From Deltaproteobacteria bacterium (GTDB lineage Bacteria; Myxococcota_A; Polyangia; HGW-17), in assembly GCA_027858615.1 (NCBI GenBank), contig JAQICJ010000302.1:1-50281 (forward strand): DNA of 50,281 bases, read 5' to 3'. Made by a program: the position numbers and the translations under genes. Position 1 is the stretch's first letter. Every line of letters begins with the position of its first letter. Shown one piece after another: positions 19,073 to 28,700 of the stretch. Below the pieces are notes generated by a model. It had not been told where the DNA came from, made no database searches, and was given only the letters and a program-made list of their open reading frames with translations.

Positions 19073-20396
19073 AGCCAAAACTTTCAAAGGTGGAATCCAT
19101 CCTTCCTACAACAAGCATTTATCTTCTGACAAAGAAATAGTTGAAGCACCCCTTCCCGAAGTGGTTGCTCTTCCTCTCAATCAGCATATCGGAGCACCTG
19201 CCAAACCCATAGTCAAACGCAAAGACAAAGTTAAAGCCGGGCAACTAATAGCCGAAACCGGTGGTTTTATCAGTGCCCCGGTTCATGCCTCCATCAGCGG
19301 TATAGTCAAAGCAATCGAACCGGTGGAACATCCACTGGGAAAAAAGGTCGATGCAATTATTATTGAAAGTGACGGCAAAGATGAATGGGTTGAATTCAAT
19401 CCGGTTGATAATCCTTTCGCTGCCGATGCCGACACCATCAGAGATAAAATCAAGGAAGCCGGAATAGTCGGATTGGGAGGAGCTACTTTTCCTTCCAATG
19501 TTAAACTTTCACCTCCTGAAGACAAAAAAATAGATTTTGTCATCTTGAACGGAGCCGAATGTGAGCCTTATCTCACAACCGATCACCGTCTCATGGTCGA
19601 AAAAACCGAAGAAGTTGTCACCGGGCTTAAACTGGCCGCCAAAGTTCTTGGAGTAGACAAAATCTATATAGGTATTGAGACCAATAAACCCGATGCCATC
19701 AGTAAAATGGAAAAAGAAATCGGAGATGACGGTCAGGTTATTCCTCTGCAGGTTAAATATCCACAGGGATCTGAAAAACAACTTATCAGTGCAATTACAG
19801 GACGGGAAACTCCCCCCACCAGTTTACCCATGGAAGTAGGAGCTGTAGTTTTCAACGTAGGCACCTGCCTTGCCATCTATGAAGCTGTTTTTCAAGGAAA
19901 ACCTCTTTTTGAAAGAGTAGTGACCCTTACCGGCCATGGAGTCAAAAACCCGGGAAACTTTAAAATCAGATTAGGCACCTATGTTGCTGAGCTGGTTGAG
20001 TTTTCAGGAGGTTACAAAGATAACGCCGCCAAACTTGTTCTCGGCGGACCCATGATGGGAAGGGCTGTTCCCACTGACGGCATTCCCATTATCAAAGGAA
20101 CAGGTGGAATTTTGGTGATGACCCAATCGGAATTAATCGTCAGATATTATTCTGATTGCATCAGATGTGGAAAATGTATCGAAGCTTGTCCTAACAATCA
20201 CAATCCCCAATTACTGGGAATTCTGATTGAAAAGGAAAGATTTGACAAAATCAGCGAAGAACAGCTTGAAGAAATAGTACTTGATGATTGTTTTGAGTGC
20301 GGAAGTTGTACTTATGTCTGTCCAGCTCACAGACCCATGGTTCAATTCTTCCAGCAGGCAAAATCTTATTTTAACAACAAGAAAAAGAAGAGATAG
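19065..20396 (+). CDS. rnfC: Rnf complex subunit C
   Basis: GIVGLGGATFPS, plus CIRCGKCIEACP and CFECGSCTYVCP. The likely start is GTG at 19065, after AAGGAGG. The upstream part of track ORF 18888.. is an out-of-frame overlap with the A-rich rnfB tail. Confidence 0.9.
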   Translation: MSKAKTFKGGIHPSYNKHLSSDKEIVEAPLPEVVALPLNQHIGAPAKPIVKRKDKVKAGQLIAETGGFISAPVHASISGIVKAIEPVEHPLGKKVDAIIIESDGKDEWVEFNPVDNPFAADADTIRDKIKEAGIVGLGGATFPSNVKLSPPEDKKIDFVILNGAECEPYLTTDHRLMVEKTEEVVTGLKLAAKVLGVDKIYIGIETNKPDAISKMEKEIGDDGQVIPLQVKYPQGSEKQLISAITGRETPPTSLPMEVGAVVFNVGTCLAIYEAVFQGKPLFERVVTLTGHGVKNPGNFKIRLGTYVAELVEFSGGYKDNAAKLVLGGPMMGRAVPTDGIPIIKGTGGILVMTQSELIVRYYSDCIRCGKCIEACPNNHNPQLLGILIEKERFDKISEEQLEEIVLDDCFECGSCTYVCPAHRPMVQFFQQAKSYFNNKKKKR

Positions 20397-20400
20397 AATA

Positions 20401-21423
20401 ATGAAAACACGTTCATTTATTGTCTCAGGTGCACCTCACATTCATGAAAACAGCAGTATCCACAAAATTATGTGGAATGTATTTGCAGCTCTGATCCCAG
20501 CCTCTTTTGTCAGCGTTTACGCCTTTGGCATGGACTCTGTCCGGGTACTGGGAGTCAGCGTTATTTCCTGCATTGTCCTCGAAATAATCGCCCTTCTTTT
20601 TATGGGACGCAACTGGAAAGCTGCTTTTGACGGCAGTGCTGCAGTTACAGGTTTGCTGCTCGGTCTCACTCTGCCTGCTGGCATTTCCACAGGAATCATT
20701 CTCGTGGGAGCTGTTGTGGCTATCATTATTGCCAAGCAGGTTTTCGGTGGACTCGGCAACAATCCTTTCAACCCGGCTTTAACTTCCCGGGTTTTTCTGC
20801 TGATAGCTTTTCCCGGGCCTCTTACCACCTGGCCTCTGCCCCGTGGACTTGAGAACATTAAAGATTTCATGGGAGTAGCCACTGTCAAAGCAGGTGATGC
20901 CATCACCACAGCAACTCCTTTGGGAGCTATCAAGGAAAACGCTGTCAAAGCCATGCCCTCAATTCAAGTCAATGATCTTTTTCTGGGAGTCCATACTCCC
21001 GGTTCCATCGGAGAAATTTCAGCCCTGGCCTTGTTAATCGGTGCTGCCTGGCTCCTTTATAAAAAGATTATTACCTGGCATATTCCGGTTGCCACAATTC
21101 TGACTGTTTTCGCAATTTCCCTCCTGACCCATTTGATCAGTCCTGATAAATATGCTGATCCTTTCTTTCATCTCTTTGCAGGAGGATTGATAATTGGAGC
21201 TTTCTTCATGGCCACCGACTATGTTACAGCTCCCATCTTCAATAAAGGCAAATTGATCTATGGAGTTGGAATCGGTATTCTCACCATTATCATCAGATTA
21301 TGGGGAGGCTACCCCGAAGGAGTATCCTTTGCCATTTTACTTATGAACAGCACCACTCCTCTCATAGATCGCTTTACTGTACCCAGACCCTTCGGCTTCA
21401 GGAAAGCGAGGAATCAATCATGA
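20401..21423 (+). CDS. rnfD: Rnf complex subunit D
   Basis: Multi-TM NqrB/RnfD-like (SGAPHIH, FFMATDYVT). ATG at 20401 lies 2 nt after the rnfC stop. Confidence 0.9.
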   Translation: MKTRSFIVSGAPHIHENSSIHKIMWNVFAALIPASFVSVYAFGMDSVRVLGVSVISCIVLEIIALLFMGRNWKAAFDGSAAVTGLLLGLTLPAGISTGIILVGAVVAIIIAKQVFGGLGNNPFNPALTSRVFLLIAFPGPLTTWPLPRGLENIKDFMGVATVKAGDAITTATPLGAIKENAVKAMPSIQVNDLFLGVHTPGSIGEISALALLIGAAWLLYKKIITWHIPVATILTVFAISLLTHLISPDKYADPFFHLFAGGLIIGAFFMATDYVTAPIFNKGKLIYGVGIGILTIIIRLWGGYPEGVSFAILLMNSTTPLIDRFTVPRPFGFRKARNQS

Positions 21424-22223
21424 ATGACACTTTAAAAATGGTTATCACTTTGACTGTCATCACGGCTGTTGCCGCAGCTGCCCTTGCTTACGGCAATTTT
21501 GTCACTCGCGACAAAATCAAAGCCCAGGCCAAAGCCAAAGCTGCCAGAGCAGTTCGCCAAATTTTTCCCTCCTGTCAAAATCCAGTGGAAAAAAAGGTAA
21601 TTACCCCCAAAGGTAAAAAAACTTCTGTTTTTCTATGTAAAGGAGGCAAAAAGGCCTTTGTTTTTTCTTCAAAGTCAGCTCCGGGGATCTCCAGTCCCTA
21701 TGGAGGCACTATCAAATTGATGATAGGCCTCGACAACAAGGATATCATCAAAGGAGTACAGGTTGTTCAACAAAGTGAAACTCCGGGTCTGGGAGCGAAA
21801 TTGACAGAAAAGGTTTTCCTTGACCAGTTCAATAATTTATCCCTGCAAAAAGGTGGGATTGCAGTTGAAAAAGATGATCCTGCAGGTAAAATTGATGCAA
21901 TCAGCGGAGCCACTATTACCTCTCGCAGTGTAACCTCCACAGTTAAAGCAGCTTTACTCTTCAACAGCAAAAAATTGAAAAATCTTACCCGAACCGAAAA
22001 TAAAAAGACCAGGAAGGGTAAAAGAATTCACAGACGTTCAAAGCGCAAAAATAATCATATTGATCCAAGCAAATTCAAATATAAAAAGAATATCCAGAAT
22101 TATAAAAAAATCAGAAAACATATCCGTAAAAAAATTCTTAATACCAGAAAGAGAATGCGTCGGAACAAGGCTGAGAAAGACGGTAAGCCCGTAGATATCA
22201 GAAAGAAACAAGGAGGCAGATAA
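21420..22223 (+). CDS. rnfG: Rnf complex subunit G (FMN-binding) with a Lys/Arg-rich C-terminal extension of about 85 aa
   Basis: N-terminal anchor MNDTLKMVITLTVITAVAAAALAY; ETPGLG; FMN-attachment motif SGATITSRSV. Its ATG overlaps the rnfD stop (ATGA). The tail runs KKLKNLTRTENKKTRKGKRIHRRSKRKNNH...RKRMRRNKAEKDGKPVDIRKKQGGR. Confidence 0.85.
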   Translation: MNDTLKMVITLTVITAVAAAALAYGNFVTRDKIKAQAKAKAARAVRQIFPSCQNPVEKKVITPKGKKTSVFLCKGGKKAFVFSSKSAPGISSPYGGTIKLMIGLDNKDIIKGVQVVQQSETPGLGAKLTEKVFLDQFNNLSLQKGGIAVEKDDPAGKIDAISGATITSRSVTSTVKAALLFNSKKLKNLTRTENKKTRKGKRIHRRSKRKNNHIDPSKFKYKKNIQNYKKIRKHIRKKILNTRKRMRRNKAEKDGKPVDIRKKQGGR

Positions 22224-22882
22224 TGGGATCTTCAAATAAAGAATCTTCTGCAAATTATCTAAGGACCTTTACCAAGGGTTTCTGGTCCAAAAATGCTGCT
22301 CTTGTTTTGTTACTGGGCATGTGTCCAACTCTGGCTGTCACTACTTCGGCATTCAACGGACTGGGAATGGGAGTGGCTACAACTGCTGTTCTGTTTGGAT
22401 CTAATATTATTATTTCCCTGATTGCCGGATTAATTCCGAAAAAAGTAAGAATTCCCGCCTATATCGTAGTAATTGCAACCCTGGTTACCCTGGTCGACAT
22501 GTTTATGGCCGCCTATTCCCCTGAATTACACAGCGAGTTGGGCCTTTTTATTCCTCTGATTGTTGTCAACTGTATTATCCTGGGCAGAGCCGAAGCTTTT
22601 GCCTCCAAATCCGAAAATAACGTTCTTCAGGCTTTACTCGACGGTCTGGGAATGGGGTTGGGATTTGCTCTGACTCTCTTTATTCTTGGAGCTATCAGAG
22701 AAATTCTCGGCAATGGAACAATTACTGTCTTCAAATATACCACCACTATCATTATATTTACAATCTCTCATAAAGAAACAATCAATCCCATTTTTGTATT
22801 TATTCTGGCTCCGGGAGCTTTCATTACTCTTGGTTTTCTGCTGGGATTAAAAAACTATATTGATAATTTACTCGAAAATTGA
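22223..22882 (+). CDS. rnfE: Rnf complex subunit E
   Basis: LLLGMCPTLAVTTSAFNGLGMG is typical RnfE/NqrD. The start overlaps the rnfG stop. Confidence 0.9.
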   Translation: MGSSNKESSANYLRTFTKGFWSKNAALVLLLGMCPTLAVTTSAFNGLGMGVATTAVLFGSNIIISLIAGLIPKKVRIPAYIVVIATLVTLVDMFMAAYSPELHSELGLFIPLIVVNCIILGRAEAFASKSENNVLQALLDGLGMGLGFALTLFILGAIREILGNGTITVFKYTTTIIIFTISHKETINPIFVFILAPGAFITLGFLLGLKNYIDNLLEN

Positions 22883-23158
22883 CCTTTCCTCTGTAATTTT
22901 TTTCAAAGTTATATTAATATCAATTCGGGGAAAAACAATTCAACAGGTATTTTTTTACAAGTTTACATTTTTTTTAATCAGGTCTGCATAAATTTCGTCT
23001 GAACTTGATATATAGCTTGGAACTTTACTCTGTTATTTTTTCTCATTATGATAACCTGTTATTTTTTCCGATCAGGAAAACAATCATTGTTTGATGTGTC
23101 CGGGAATTCCGCCAAATTATCCACAATTCCCGCTCATGTCAATTTGAAAGGATCAACC

Positions 23159-23713
23159 ATGGAATACAGCCCCGAACAATTTGCAAATTACTTCCAGGAA
23201 TGGATTGATAACTATTCCGATGACATTAAAGTAATTACAGAACTATTGTCTCTAGAGCAGGCTCCTCAGGATCTCAAACTTATGGCAGTGGGAGTGCTCA
23301 ACTACGGTTTGAAACAACTCGATCTGATCCCTGATTTCTACAAACCTGTCGGTTTGATCGACGACGCGATTATTCTTCATCTTTTTGCCCATATCGGCAT
23401 CGATTATATTATCGAACTCAAAGATAATCGGCTCAAAAAACATCTGATCAATATGGCCGAAGGAAATGAGATCGTCAAAGCCTTCGTCGGTAAAGAAATT
23501 TATCGCTCCCTTATGAATTACGTAAAAACTCTGCCTGAAGAAAAAGTGCGACAGAGAACAGCCAAAATGGTTGTGCAAGATGAAGAACTTCTCAAAGAAT
23601 TCATCAAAGATATAGAAGTCGAGCTCAGAGGTTATCAGGGTGCAAAAATTGAAGACAAGAAAACAGTTCTGAAAGATCTCAGATCTTTCCTTAAACTGAA
23701 ACTGGTTGGTTGA
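23159..23713 (+). CDS. DUF1232 (YkvA)-like protein, hypothetical
   Basis: DLIPDFYKPVGLIDDAIILH resembles the DUF1232 core (DLIPDFIPv.G.lDD). The track start is 23048; ATG at 23159 (MEYSPEQ) is the more plausible start. Confidence 0.45.
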   Translation: MEYSPEQFANYFQEWIDNYSDDIKVITELLSLEQAPQDLKLMAVGVLNYGLKQLDLIPDFYKPVGLIDDAIILHLFAHIGIDYIIELKDNRLKKHLINMAEGNEIVKAFVGKEIYRSLMNYVKTLPEEKVRQRTAKMVVQDEELLKEFIKDIEVELRGYQGAKIEDKKTVLKDLRSFLKLKLVG

Positions 23714-23827
23714 CAACTCTCAGTTCAACTTGCAAATCGCAGCAACATTCCAGCAATTCCCGTTATTTAATACGAGAGTTGATAAAAACAGTTTTTATAA
23801 TCTTTGCATACAGGAAACCAGAATAAT

Positions 23828-25246
23828 ATGGCACAGGAAACCAGAATCAATATAATCAAAAAACTTGATGCCGGAGGAATGGCAGAAGTTTACATCGGCA
23901 AATTGATAGGTGCCCAAGGAATCAGCCGTCGTGTCGCAGTCAAGAAAATTCTTCCCCAGTTAAACAAAAACAAAAAATTCGTTTCCATGTTTCTTGATGA
24001 GGCCAGACTGGCAATGAACCTCAGTCATGCCAATCTCGTACAAACCTTTGACGTCACCAAGATCAAAGATTCATACTGCATTGTCATGGAATTTATTGAA
24101 GGCGCTTCTTTGAAAGCTGTCATGAATTTCATGAAAAAGAAAAAGAAAACCCTCCCCATTGGTACTGCCATCTATATTGTCATGGAAGCCGCCAAAGGCC
24201 TCGGATATGCCCACAATGCCAAAGACTCCAATGGGCAGCCACTCAAATTGATCCATCGGGATGTCAGTCCCCCCAATATCCTTATTTCCAAAGAAGGTGA
24301 AATAAAAGTCGCTGATTTTGGGCTGGCCAAAGCCGCCCTGCAGGTTGAAACCACCGAACCGGGCATCATCAAGGGCAAATTTTCCTATTTGTCTCCAGAA
24401 ATAATCATGGGCATTGAGATCGATCAAAGAGCCGATATTTTTTCCCTTGGTATCGTTCTCTTTGAGCTTCTCACCGGACGCAGACTCTTTTATGGAGAAA
24501 ACGATCTGGAAACAGTTAAATTGGTTGAAAAAGCCCATATTCCCAGAGTTACCGCTCTCAATCCCGAAGTTCCCCCTGCTCTGGAAAGAGCTCTTTTCAA
24601 AGCACTCAAAAGAGATCGCAAAAAACGCTATCAAGAAACAGCTGAATTTATTGACGATCTTAACAGTGTCCTTTTCACCTACGGATTAAAAGTCAATTCT
24701 CGAGATGTTGCTGAAATCCTCAAGGAAGTAAAAGGTTACACTGTTCCGGAGAAAGAAAAATCCGGAGATTATGATTTCGATTTCGACAGTGAATTTACTG
24801 GAGAGTTTTCCTTTTCATCCAAAGAAAAACTTGAAGAAAAACTGGAAAATCCTCCTCAAAAAGAAACTGAACAAAAAGAAGACACCAGATCCTGGTTCAA
24901 TGATATGGATATGGATTTTGACAATATTCTCAACGAAGAAAACTCCGAGCCATCTCCAAAAACTCAAAATACCTCCAATAACAACGAGGAATTTTTATCG
25001 GATGATCTTCTTGAAGAAGTTCTGGAAACTGATGAAGAGGAAATTGAAATTGAGATGGAAGATGAAAATTCTGTCGTTTCCGGACAACTTGATTCCTCTG
25101 TCATGAAAAAAGCAGTTGAAATTTCCACAAAAAACAGGTCTGCAGAACCCCCTTCTGAAACCCCGACAGAAAATCAAAAACAGCCTCAAAACCAACCATC
25201 TAAAAAGAAAAAGGGATGGTTCAGTAAACTCTTTGGAGGAGACTAA
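23828..25246 (+). CDS. Hanks-type Ser/Thr protein kinase with acidic low-complexity linker and C-terminal amphipathic motif
   Basis: VAVKKI (catalytic Lys), HRDVSPPNILI, DFGLAK and SYLSPE. The C-terminus is QPSKKKKGWFSKLFGGD. Confidence 0.9.
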   Translation: MAQETRINIIKKLDAGGMAEVYIGKLIGAQGISRRVAVKKILPQLNKNKKFVSMFLDEARLAMNLSHANLVQTFDVTKIKDSYCIVMEFIEGASLKAVMNFMKKKKKTLPIGTAIYIVMEAAKGLGYAHNAKDSNGQPLKLIHRDVSPPNILISKEGEIKVADFGLAKAALQVETTEPGIIKGKFSYLSPEIIMGIEIDQRADIFSLGIVLFELLTGRRLFYGENDLETVKLVEKAHIPRVTALNPEVPPALERALFKALKRDRKKRYQETAEFIDDLNSVLFTYGLKVNSRDVAEILKEVKGYTVPEKEKSGDYDFDFDSEFTGEFSFSSKEKLEEKLENPPQKETEQKEDTRSWFNDMDMDFDNILNEENSEPSPKTQNTSNNNEEFLSDDLLEEVLETDEEEIEIEMEDENSVVSGQLDSSVMKKAVEISTKNRSAEPPSETPTENQKQPQNQPSKKKKGWFSKLFGGD

Positions 25247-25248
25247 AA

Positions 25249-27312
25249 TTGCATCTGATTCTAATCACTCTTTTTTCTTTGCTTCCCCTTGATAAAACTC
25301 CAAAAGATCTCAACAAAGATCCCCTGTTGGGTTTTCCCCTCAAAGGCAGGCAGAAAAATATTTCCCACTTCGAACGCAATTACAATAACTGGAAACAAAG
25401 CAACGAGGGTAAATTTATCCTTCAAGCTTACAAGAATCCTCAAAAAGCAGCCAAAGAACTTTATGCTTCAGAAATTAAAGATGCCTACAAACTAAAAGCC
25501 CTCGGTATCATCAATGATCGCCGACTGATCAACTACTACAAAACTCTTCTGCCCTCTTTTAATAATACAACTTGGATATCAGCGTTTTTTGAAGGTCTTT
25601 CCCGATCTCAAAACATCAAAGATCATCAATTCATCGTAAAGAACATTCCCTATTACAATTTATATTCTTCCGGTTTCAAAATTGTTTTCACTTTTATGGC
25701 CATCAACTACCCAAAAACTCTGGCTCCCCTCATCCTTGACGGAAAACTTGCCCCCCATCTCATTAAAATATTCACCAAATACTACAACTCGGTTTTCGTA
25801 CCCTATCTTGACAAAGCTCTTCACAAGAACACCATTTCCAATGATCAACTCCTCGGTTTTGCCAAATTTAATTTTTCCCGCTTGAGCGCAGATCATAAGA
25901 AATTAATTTGCAGACACCTGCTTCAAAATCTCCAACCTGACAAAACCAACAATATCTACTATTACAGAGATAATTTTCAAATTCTTGGTGCCTGTCCGGA
26001 ATCAATGCACACAGCCAAATGGAAGGCACTCCTGGGCAACAAAAAAATCAATCTGCTCATGATCAAAAACATGATCAAGAACAATAATTTTTTCAATAAA
26101 GACCTGCTCTGGCCCTTCTCTTTTTTGCTAAAACACTATAAAAATCAACCAGGCTGGATCAAATTGATTATCGAGGTAATGGGCAGAATCAAAAGTGAAA
26201 AAGCCATAAAAACAGTTGCATCCTATGTTCTCACTTCCAATTTGTGGTTAAGGGAAAATGCACTGAAAACTTTGGCTGCCGGAACACTTAGAACTTCTGG
26301 AAGAATGTTGCATGCTGCAGCTTTGGAAACAGCAGGAGAAGAAGCAGTAATGTATTTCTCTCCTTATCTCCATAATTCCCATAATTTCAACTACCACAAC
26401 TACGATAAACCTCTTTTAAAACTGGCGCTCAAATACGTGAGGGCAAAAAACCAGGATTACACAAATGCCGCTGCCTTCGCCCTGGCCACTGCTCCTGAAA
26501 ATAACCATGAAAAAGCTTGGTATCCGGTTGTCCTGGATTACCTGAAAAAGTTGGAAAAAGACAAAAATCATAAGGCAATTGCCGGTCTCATGCCCATAAT
26601 TGCCCGTTCATCCAGCTCAAACAAAATCCTCAAAAAATATCTCAATTCCAACAACCACAGCATAAGAACAGGCACTGTACTGGCTCTGGGCTTCAGGAAA
26701 TCTTCGGTTTTTCTCAAGCCTTTGTCTAAACTCACCTTTTCACCCGACCCAATGCTGGCAATCAACAGTGTCTGGTCCCTGGCCAGAACCCCGGGAAGCT
26801 TTCCTTACCTGATGAAGATTATTTCCCGCTCCAATGTGTCTACTGTCTTTACAAATGCCTTGGCCGGAATCAACAGACTCAAACTTGCCGATACTCAAAA
26901 AAAAAATCTCTGTTCCATACTTTTCAAAAGAGTCACTGCCAGAGACATTTCGGGAACAAATCTGGTCAATGCAACCAATTATCTGTTTAAACAATGTCCC
27001 AGCTCCACCAGCATAATTTTCAAAAAATGGATAAATTCTCTTTCTTATAAATTGATCAAACAAAATTTAATTTTGAGAAATTCCAGTTTTAAAAAGCATC
27101 CATCTTCAAATAATACTCACTTTTTCACCAGAAAATTATCGAAATTCCATACCGGATTAGAAGGAAAAATGTTCACCTTCAATTTCCATACAGGGGAAAA
27201 TATTTATGGTTTTTCTACCACCGGAGGCATAGTTTTTATCGATGATATAAACTCTGATCCTCACAATAAAATCCTCTGGTTCAAACCCAAAATTAACAAG
27301 TTCAAGCCCTGA
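25249..27312 (+). CDS. Hypothetical exported protein with HEAT/armadillo-like helical repeats
   Basis: 687-aa ORF with a TTG start 2 nt after the kinase stop and GGAGGA upstream. It has a hydrophobic N-terminus and weak HEAT-like segments (e.g. NNHSIRTGTVLALG, DPMLAINSVWSLA). Function is not recognisable. Confidence 0.5.
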   Translation: MHLILITLFSLLPLDKTPKDLNKDPLLGFPLKGRQKNISHFERNYNNWKQSNEGKFILQAYKNPQKAAKELYASEIKDAYKLKALGIINDRRLINYYKTLLPSFNNTTWISAFFEGLSRSQNIKDHQFIVKNIPYYNLYSSGFKIVFTFMAINYPKTLAPLILDGKLAPHLIKIFTKYYNSVFVPYLDKALHKNTISNDQLLGFAKFNFSRLSADHKKLICRHLLQNLQPDKTNNIYYYRDNFQILGACPESMHTAKWKALLGNKKINLLMIKNMIKNNNFFNKDLLWPFSFLLKHYKNQPGWIKLIIEVMGRIKSEKAIKTVASYVLTSNLWLRENALKTLAAGTLRTSGRMLHAAALETAGEEAVMYFSPYLHNSHNFNYHNYDKPLLKLALKYVRAKNQDYTNAAAFALATAPENNHEKAWYPVVLDYLKKLEKDKNHKAIAGLMPIIARSSSSNKILKKYLNSNNHSIRTGTVLALGFRKSSVFLKPLSKLTFSPDPMLAINSVWSLARTPGSFPYLMKIISRSNVSTVFTNALAGINRLKLADTQKKNLCSILFKRVTARDISGTNLVNATNYLFKQCPSSTSIIFKKWINSLSYKLIKQNLILRNSSFKKHPSSNNTHFFTRKLSKFHTGLEGKMFTFNFHTGENIYGFSTTGGIVFIDDINSDPHNKILWFKPKINKFKP

Positions 27313-27325
27313 GCAATTTTAATCT

Positions 27326-28078
27326 ATGACCCGCAGAACCATCTCTACTTACAGTGAACCCGATAATTTTCAAATACCACAATTTCTGGCCAACTTTGCT
27401 GCCATTACCGGAAAAGGGGGAGTGAAAAAATTGATGGAAGCCAAAATAGCCTTGATCGGTACCGGAGGAGTGGGCTCCTGGACCGGCGAATATCTTGCCC
27501 GAAGCGGGGCACACAATATCTTTCTCTTTGATCCGGATCGAGTTCATCCCACCAACATTAATCGTCAACTACCCGCCTCTCCTCATACTGTGGGAGAATT
27601 CAAGGTGGAAATAATGAAAAAGCGTCTGCAATGGATCAATCCTCAGGGCAATTTCATGGTATATCAAGATTTTGTAGATGGAAACTATCTGGAGAATTTT
27701 CACCTGAAATTCGATTATATTATCGACGCCATCGATCACATGACTGCCAAATCATCCATTCTCTCCTGGTCACACTCCAATAATATCCCAGTAGTTACCA
27801 GTCTGGGGGCCGGAGCCCGAATCGACCCAACTCAAGTCAGATCCGCTGATTTGGCTGATACCATGCGATGTCCCCTCGGTCGCGATTTAAGAAGAATTAT
27901 GCGGCGCAAATACAATTTTCCTCAAACCGGGAAAATGGGAATTAAAGCTGTATATTCCCTGGAACAACCCCTCCAATCCCTTGATCCAAAATTTAAAAAT
28001 GGTACCATTGCTCCCGTAACTTCAACCTTTGGAGCAACTTTGGCTGCCATAACCATCAAAGATATTTCCCTGCCCTGA
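27326..28078 (+). CDS. tcdA: tRNA threonylcarbamoyladenosine dehydratase (ThiF/E1-like, TcdA/CsdL family)
   Basis: IALIGTGGVGSWTGEYLARSGAHNIFLFDPDRVHPTNINRQ parallels E. coli TcdA (VVGIGGVGSWAAEALARTG...D.V..TN.NRQ). Size is about 250 aa. Confidence 0.78.
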   Translation: MTRRTISTYSEPDNFQIPQFLANFAAITGKGGVKKLMEAKIALIGTGGVGSWTGEYLARSGAHNIFLFDPDRVHPTNINRQLPASPHTVGEFKVEIMKKRLQWINPQGNFMVYQDFVDGNYLENFHLKFDYIIDAIDHMTAKSSILSWSHSNNIPVVTSLGAGARIDPTQVRSADLADTMRCPLGRDLRRIMRRKYNFPQTGKMGIKAVYSLEQPLQSLDPKFKNGTIAPVTSTFGATLAAITIKDISLP

Positions 28079-28111
28079 TTTTCTTCTAATCTCCATAGAC
28101 CCCCCTCAAAA

Positions 28112-28150
28112 CTTCATCTGCTTTATTGTACTTGGTAAATAGTATCAACT
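28112..28150. repeat. Inverted, degenerate core fragment of the hairpin repeat family
   Basis: CTTCATCTGCTTTATTGTACTTGGTAAATAGTATCAACT resembles the reverse complement of the copy-2 core (CCTCATCTGCTTTGTCGTAACTTCTTGAAATAGTGTCAACT). Confidence 0.45.
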
Positions 28151-28207
28151 TAAAACAAGAACATTTCAAGGGGGATTCAACAATCGGATAAAATTCATAT
28201 TTACTGG

Positions 28208-28235
28208 TTGAATTATGGTTTTTTTTCATTATAAT
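28208..28235 (+). promoter_or_regulatory. Sigma70-like promoter candidate (TTGAAT-16 nt-TATAAT), followed by a 15-bp palindrome ACTAATTGAATTAGT at 28237-28251
   Basis: Direct reading of the sequence. AT-rich context, so a chance match is possible. Confidence 0.3.
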
Positions 28236-28700
28236 GACTAATTGAATTAGTTGACTTTTCTCGCCAGAGTGAATGGTGTTTCGGGTTTCTTAATCCCTTA
28301 TTGAAGGATAATTACCTTACAAAGCAATAACAGGATGGTTTTCAAAAAAATCCTTTTTGCCATTTATCCTCTCTGAAACTCCGAGCCATCTGGTCAATCT
28401 CATTTTTGTATCTGTTCTTATAATATTTTCTATTATATATACCCAGATAACAACTTGTTTTTTTTACTCTTGAGTATTTTTCTGGATTTATTCTGGAAAG
28501 ATCCCCTCTCTGAGATCTTTATCCTATCATTATCCCTTTATTCCTTTTGAGTATTTTGCTGAAAACCAAGGAAAGCTCATCAGTTTTTTGCTTCTCCTGA
28601 ATGCACTGAACCAACTGCTGCAAAATTCAAAATGAGCTGAAAACGAAAAAGGAAATAGTTTTTAAAGGATTAAGAAACAGAGCCATGAGGAGATATTACC

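Noticed and set aside
24071-24634. 187-aa minus-strand ORF
   Set aside because: It is antisense to the kinase catalytic domain.
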